Below, piece by piece: positions 59,712 to 64,000 of a DNA stretch of 64,000 nucleotides. Location of the stretch: the NCBI GenBank assembly GCA_963776345.1, contig CAVZMH010000020.1, positions 44,626-108,625 on the forward strand. Reading direction: 5' to 3'. Numbering within the stretch: the stretch's first letter is position 1; the number at the start of each line of letters is the position of its first letter. The translations under genes and the position numbers were made by a program. Source of the stretch: an uncultured delta proteobacterium (lineage in GTDB: Bacteria > Myxococcota > Myxococcia > Myxococcales > Myxococcaceae). The notes under the pieces were generated by a model that saw only the letters and a program-made list of their open reading frames with translations, was not told where the DNA came from and did no database searches.

Positions 59712-61070
59712 GTGGAACTCAACGAGATCCTCCAGGTCGCGCTGCGCGGTGGCGCGAGCGACATCCATCTCAAGGCCGGTCTGCCCCCGATGTTCCGGGT
59801 GGACGGCTCGCTGGTCCCCCTGAAGGACGGCAAGCGCCTCCCTCCCGAGGAGGTGGCGCGCATGGCCTTCGGGATCATGAACGAGTACCAGCGGGACAAG
59901 TTCAAGAACTCCAACGAGGTGGACCTGGCCTACGGCGTCCCCGGGCTCGGCCGCTTCCGCGTGAACGTGTTCCAGCAGCGCGGCACGCTCGGGGCCGTGC
60001 TCCGCGTCATCCCCTTCAAGGTGATGACCATCCGGGATCTCCTCCTGCCCCCGGTGCTCGAGACCATCGCGCTCGAGGAGCGCGGCCTGGTCCTGGTCAC
60101 CGGCACCACCGGCTCGGGCAAGAGCACCACGCTGGCGGCGATGATCGATCACATCAACGCCAACGAGACCGATCACATCATGACCATCGAGGATCCGATC
60201 GAGTTCCTCATCCGCGACAAGCGCTCGATCGTGAACCAGCGAGAGGTGGGGGTGGACACCGTCTCCTTCAGCCAGGCGTTGAAGAGCGCGCTCCGCCAGG
60301 ACCCGGACGTGATCCTGGTGGGCGAGATGCGTGACCTCGAGACCATCGAGACGGCGCTCACCGCCGCCGAGACGGGCCACCTGGTCATGTCCACGCTCCA
60401 CACCCTGGACGCCACCGAGACCATCAACCGCATCGTCTCGGTGTTCCCGCCCTACCAGCAGAAGCAGGTGCGGCTGCAGCTGGGGAGCGTGCTCAGGGCG
60501 GTCATCTCCCAGCGGCTCGTCCCGCGCGCCGACGGCAAGGGCCGCGTCGCCGCGGTGGAGGTGCTGAAGGCCACCGCCCGCGTCCGCGAGCTGATCGCGG
60601 ACAAGGACCGCACCAAGGAGATCCCCGACGCCATCGCGCAGGGTCACCAGACCTACGGGACCCAGACCTTCGACCAGTCGCTGATGAACCTGGTGCGCCA
60701 GAACATCATCACCTACGACGAGGCGCACCGGCAGGCGACCAACCCGGACGACTTCGCGCTCCGGTTCAGCGGCATCAGCGCCACCAGCGACTCGCGCTGG
60801 GACGACTTCGAGGGCACCCAGGACGGGAACTCGGCCCCGGGCAGCGTGGCCTTCGCCCAGCGCGGCGCCCCTCTGCCCGCGCCGGCTCCGGGCCCGGCGC
60901 CGTCCCCGGCCGCTGCGGCCCCCCGGCCACCCGCCCCGGGCGCCGGGACGCCGCTCGGGCGCATCAACCCCACCACTCCGAAGCCCGGGGCACAGCCCGC
61001 GGCGCGCCCCGCCGGAGGGTCCACCGGCCTGCCCGCGGCGGACGACGACTTCCACATCGAGCGGTTCTGA
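59712..61070 (+). CDS. pilT: Type IV pilus retraction ATPase PilT with a ~90-aa Pro/Ala-rich C-terminal extension
   Basis: GTTGSGKSTT Walker A, DPDVILVGEMRD Walker B, AAETGHLVMSTLHT. GTG start. Tail APGPAPSPAAAAPRPPAPG...DDDFHIERF. Confidence 0.9.
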   Translation: MELNEILQVALRGGASDIHLKAGLPPMFRVDGSLVPLKDGKRLPPEEVARMAFGIMNEYQRDKFKNSNEVDLAYGVPGLGRFRVNVFQQRGTLGAVLRVIPFKVMTIRDLLLPPVLETIALEERGLVLVTGTTGSGKSTTLAAMIDHINANETDHIMTIEDPIEFLIRDKRSIVNQREVGVDTVSFSQALKSALRQDPDVILVGEMRDLETIETALTAAETGHLVMSTLHTLDATETINRIVSVFPPYQQKQVRLQLGSVLRAVISQRLVPRADGKGRVAAVEVLKATARVRELIADKDRTKEIPDAIAQGHQTYGTQTFDQSLMNLVRQNIITYDEAHRQATNPDDFALRFSGISATSDSRWDDFEGTQDGNSAPGSVAFAQRGAPLPAPAPGPAPSPAAAAPRPPAPGAGTPLGRINPTTPKPGAQPAARPAGGSTGLPAADDDFHIERF

Positions 61071-61428
61071 CGGACACCGTGCCGCGGCCGCCCTGACCTC
61101 GACGGCTGGCCGCGGGCCTGAGGGCTCAACGACCAGGACCTCGGACGCGGCCGCCCTGACCTCGACCAGCTCGGCCGGACACCCGCCGCAGCCGTGCCGC
61201 GGGCTGACGGACGACTGTGCCGCGGCCGCGCGGGTTCTGACGGACACCGTGCCGCGGCCGCCCTGACCTCGACGGCTGCGGGCCTGAGGCTCAACGACCA
61301 GGACCTCGGACGCGGCCGCCCTGACCTCGCCCGGTTCTGACGGACACCGTGCCGCGGCCGCCCTGACCTCGACGGCTGCGGGCCTGAGGCTCAACGACCA
61401 GGACCTCGGACGCGGCCGCCCAGACCTA
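61063..61428. repeat. Segmentally duplicated array of the GCGGCCGC-CCTGACC element, including copies of both flanking gene termini
   Basis: GGTTCTGACGGACACCGTGCCGCGGCCGCCCTGACC recurs at 61063, 61233 and 61333. The first instance contains the pilT stop. A degenerate copy of the 3' end of the minus-strand gene lies at 61153-61202. Confidence 0.9.
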
Positions 61429-62113
61429 GACCAGCTCGGACAGCGCCCGCCGCAGCCGTGCCCGGCGCAGCGGCCCGATGAGCCGCATCTCGGCGAGGTG
61501 ATCCACGAACTCGGCGAGCGCCCCGCGCTGCTCCGGCTCCAGCCGGGCGGCCGCCGCCTCGAGGTGCTCGCGGGACACCGAGATCCGGCCCCTCGGACCA
61601 GGCCACCCCGCAGAGCGACTGCGCCGCGATGCGGCGGCTCCGCCGCTCGGCGCCGTCCTGTCCACCGGCGAAGGCGTTCTCCAGCGCGGTCACCCGGTCC
61701 GGGGTCAGGATCGCCAGCGCGGCGAGCGTCTCCAGCGACTCGGCCACGAACGCCGCGTCGAAGCCGTCGGCCGGCAGGTCGTCGCCGAAGGCCTCGTCGA
61801 GCAGCACCGCCCCGAGGAGCGCGTCCACTTGCTCGGGTGTCGCCCCCTCCGCCTCCAGAGCGCCGCGTGCGCGCTCGAGCGGGCCCACCAGCCGCTCGTC
61901 GTCGCCGAGGACGGTGGTGGCGGTGTGCGCGGCGAGGACCAGGAGCGCGTTCTGCGCCTCCTCCGGCGGGTGCGCCTTGCCTGCGGCCCGCTCCACCGCG
62001 GACCAGAGGTCCGGCCGCGCCCGCGCCGCCAGCACGAATGCCTGGTCGGTTGGCTCGTCCGGCGCGCAGCCGTTCCGGCGCTGCCAGACGCCCCACGCGG
62101 TCTGGAAATCCAT
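61426..62113 (-). pseudogene. Protein of unknown function, with a frameshift between 61585 and 61610 as sequenced
   Basis: MDFQTAWGVWQRRNG...RRIAAQSLCGVAW is in one frame. RISVSREHLEAAAARLEPEQRGALAEFVDHLAEMRLIGPL...SELV-stop is in the next. An alternative ATG lies at 62137. Confidence 0.5.
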
Positions 62114-62142
62114 GTACCGTCCGAGGGCGGGGTGCATGCACC

Positions 62143-62610
62143 GTGAGGCGTAACACCGCTGGAGCCACCGGGGGAACGGGTCTTCGAGCGCTGCGCACGC
62201 TCGCTCGCCGGGAGGTGTCCACGGCCGCGCTGCGGGAAGCGCTGCGTCGCGCCGGGCTGTCCGAGCCCGAGGTCGAGGCCGAGCTGGAGGCCGCGGTGCG
62301 GCTGGGGGCCCTCGACGACCGCCGCTCGGCGCGCGCCCGGGCGCTGGCCCTGGTGCTCCGGGGCGGCTGGGCCCGCGACGCGATGGCTGCCCGCCTCGTT
62401 CAGCAGGGTTACCCGCCGGCGGTGGCGGAGGAGGCGCTCGCCGAGGCCATCCGCGACGAGGGATGGGACGCTCGCGCCGCGGCCGCCCGGGCCATCGTGC
62501 AGGGCGAGCCGCCCCGGCGCTCCGCTCGAAGGCTCCTGGCCCGGGGCTTCGCCAGGGCCCTCGTCCGGGAGCTGCTTCCCGGGGTGGAAGGGATGGAGGA
62601 AGGAGGCTAG
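62143..62610 (+). CDS. recX: Recombination regulator RecX
   Basis: Three-repeat helical pattern (ALRTLARREVSTAALREALRRAGL...LGALDDRRSARA...RRLLARGFARALV). The GTG start is uncertain because the frame is open from 61498. Confidence 0.6.
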   Translation: MRRNTAGATGGTGLRALRTLARREVSTAALREALRRAGLSEPEVEAELEAAVRLGALDDRRSARARALALVLRGGWARDAMAARLVQQGYPPAVAEEALAEAIRDEGWDARAAAARAIVQGEPPRRSARRLLARGFARALVRELLPGVEGMEEGG

Positions 62611-62611
62611 G

Positions 62612-63403
62612 GTGTTCGCCCTTTCGATGCGCCTGCACCGTCTCCTCCCGCTCGCCGCCCTCGTCCTCGTGCCCGCCTGCGGCCTGTTCGCCAACAACGG
62701 CGACTTCGGCGAGCCGGATTACGCCAGCGAGGCGAGCACCAACCTCAAGCGCGGGGACGAGGCGCTCGACTCCAGCCAGTACCAGCTGGCCGAGAAGTAC
62801 TTCGAGTACGTGAAGACCAAGTTCCCGTTCCTCGAGGCCTCGCGGCAGGCCGAGCTCCGGCTGGCCGACGTGTCGTTCGACCGGGAGCTCTGGACCGAGG
62901 CGGCGGACCGCTACAACGGCTTCGTGAAGCTCCACCCCACGCACCCCAAGGTGGACTATGCGGCGTACCGCGCCGCCCTGTCCTACTACCGCGACACGCC
63001 CAGCGACTGGTTCATGCTCCCCTCCTCGAGCGAGAAGGACCAGACACAGGTCCGGGCCGCCTGGGAAGCGCTGAACACCTTCACCAAGACCTACCCGCAG
63101 TCCCAGTACATCGAGGACGCCCGGAAGAAGCAGACCCAGGTGCGCGAGCGCCTGGTGGGTCACGAGGTCTACGTGGCCGATTTCTACGAGAAGCGCGATC
63201 GCTGGTCCGCCGCCGCGAGCCGCCTGGAGACCGTGCTGCAGAAGTACCCCGGCCCGGACGACGAGAAGTACCTCTTCCGGCTGCACGACCTGTACTCGCG
63301 GCTCAAGGACCAGAACCGGGCGCGCGATGCGCTCCAGCGGGTCATCACCCGGGTCCCGGGCTCGCCCGCAGCGGAGAAGGCCCGCCAGATGCTCGGCTCG
63401 TGA
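62612..63403 (+). CDS. bamD: Outer membrane protein assembly factor BamD
   Basis: LVLVPAC lipobox. TPR-like YfiO pattern (YQLAEKYFEYVKTKFPF..., YIEDARKK...HEVYVADFYEKR). Confidence 0.85.
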   Translation: MFALSMRLHRLLPLAALVLVPACGLFANNGDFGEPDYASEASTNLKRGDEALDSSQYQLAEKYFEYVKTKFPFLEASRQAELRLADVSFDRELWTEAADRYNGFVKLHPTHPKVDYAAYRAALSYYRDTPSDWFMLPSSSEKDQTQVRAAWEALNTFTKTYPQSQYIEDARKKQTQVRERLVGHEVYVADFYEKRDRWSAAASRLETVLQKYPGPDDEKYLFRLHDLYSRLKDQNRARDALQRVITRVPGSPAAEKARQMLGS

Positions 63404-64000
63404 CCCCCGCGGGCGGCGAGCGCCGCGGCACCCGCGCGGTGGCGGTGCTGCTCGGGCTCGCCGTGCTCGCCGGGGCCGTGTGGGCGCTCCTTCCGCGCCT
63501 GCTCGGCGCCGCGGGCGGGCCGGAGCCGGAGCTGGTCTCGGCGCTCCGGACCGCCGAGCTGTCCCGCGCGCCCATCGCGGTGCCCGGCGGTCCGCCGTTC
63601 GAGCCGCGGAGCCTGCGCTTCGACCGGTTCAGCGCCACGGTGGACGGAGACCGGGCCTCGGTGGTGGCCACGCTCGACGCCTCCGGTGTGTCCGGCGGGG
63701 TGCAGGTGTCGTCCCTCGGACGGGAGAAGGTCCAGTTCGTACGACGCGGTGGACGGTGGACCCCGGACGGACCGCTCGCGCCGGCGCTGGCGGGGGCGCT
63801 GGGGGCGCTCTGGCGACGGGCGGCGCTGCTCTCCGGCAGCTCCCCGGACGCGCTCGGGCCGATGGTGGTCGCGACCGACCGGGAGCGGTCGCTCTCGGAC
63901 GCACGGCTCGAGCCGGTCCTCCGCCTCCCGGACCACCGGTGGGAGCCGCGCGCCTGGTACCTCCGCTCCGAGCGCGGGGAGGTGCTGGTCACCGAGGAGG
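63400..64000 (+). CDS. Membrane-anchored protein of unknown function, 3' end outside the window
   Basis: GTGA overlap with the bamD stop. The frame is open to the end of the window. N-terminal TM AVAVLLGLAVLAGAVWALL. High GC3. Not in the ORF track because no stop codon is reached. Confidence 0.55.
   Translation, partial: MTPAGGERRGTRAVAVLLGLAVLAGAVWALLPRLLGAAGGPEPELVSALRTAELSRAPIAVPGGPPFEPRSLRFDRFSATVDGDRASVVATLDASGVSGGVQVSSLGREKVQFVRRGGRWTPDGPLAPALAGALGALWRRAALLSGSSPDALGPMVVATDRERSLSDARLEPVLRLPDHRWEPRAWYLRSERGEVLVTEE

Noticed and set aside
61063-61428. Possible CRISPR array or minisatellite
   Set aside because: The sequences between the cores are themselves duplicated and include copies of flanking gene ends. 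Periods are irregular (170 and 100 bp). This fits segmental duplication of an intergenic cassette.

Overview
Very GC-rich window (by eye above 70%, not computed). Gene content looks myxobacterial and Anaeromyxobacter-like; that placement is inference from protein families. Almost all of it is tightly packed core chromosome. It holds envelope genes (GT2, deacetylase, acyltransferase, epimerase), a giant TPR protein, recQ-radC, trxB, moaC, a SahR-metH methionine module and a liv-type ABC transporter. It also holds pcm, msrA, vapBC, mutY, tcdA, tatD, maf, rlmI, uvrD, rplM-rpsI, pilT, recX and bamD. A type IV pilus minor-pilin/PilY1 cluster contains an embedded c-type cytochrome. I saw no rRNA, tRNA, CRISPR array, transposase or integrase. 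Many neighbouring genes overlap as ATGA, GTGA or TTGA, which suggests translational coupling. Main observations: (1) An exact sigma-54 promoter and an intrinsic terminator bracket a ~78-nt orphan candidate sRNA. (2) Two related AT-rich hairpin elements lie in convergent spacers. (3) A GCGGCCGC-CCTGACC repeat family sits at four gene ends, including a 5 x 80-bp tandem array and a second array that copies the termini of both flanking genes. (4) A 126-bp low-GC element has 23-bp perfect inverted termini. (5) At least nine single-nucleotide frameshifts interrupt otherwise conserved genes, including metH, mutY, tatD and rlmI. One of them creates an apparent VapB-VapC fusion. I read these as sequence-quality problems rather than biology. 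(6) Three unusual proteins stand out: a 13-Cys CxxC ladder, a 5 x DUF3761 protein and a DUF4114-PilY1. I did not find a convincing new multi-gene defence or mobile system. The candidate sRNA and the cytochrome-containing pilus cluster are the best leads.
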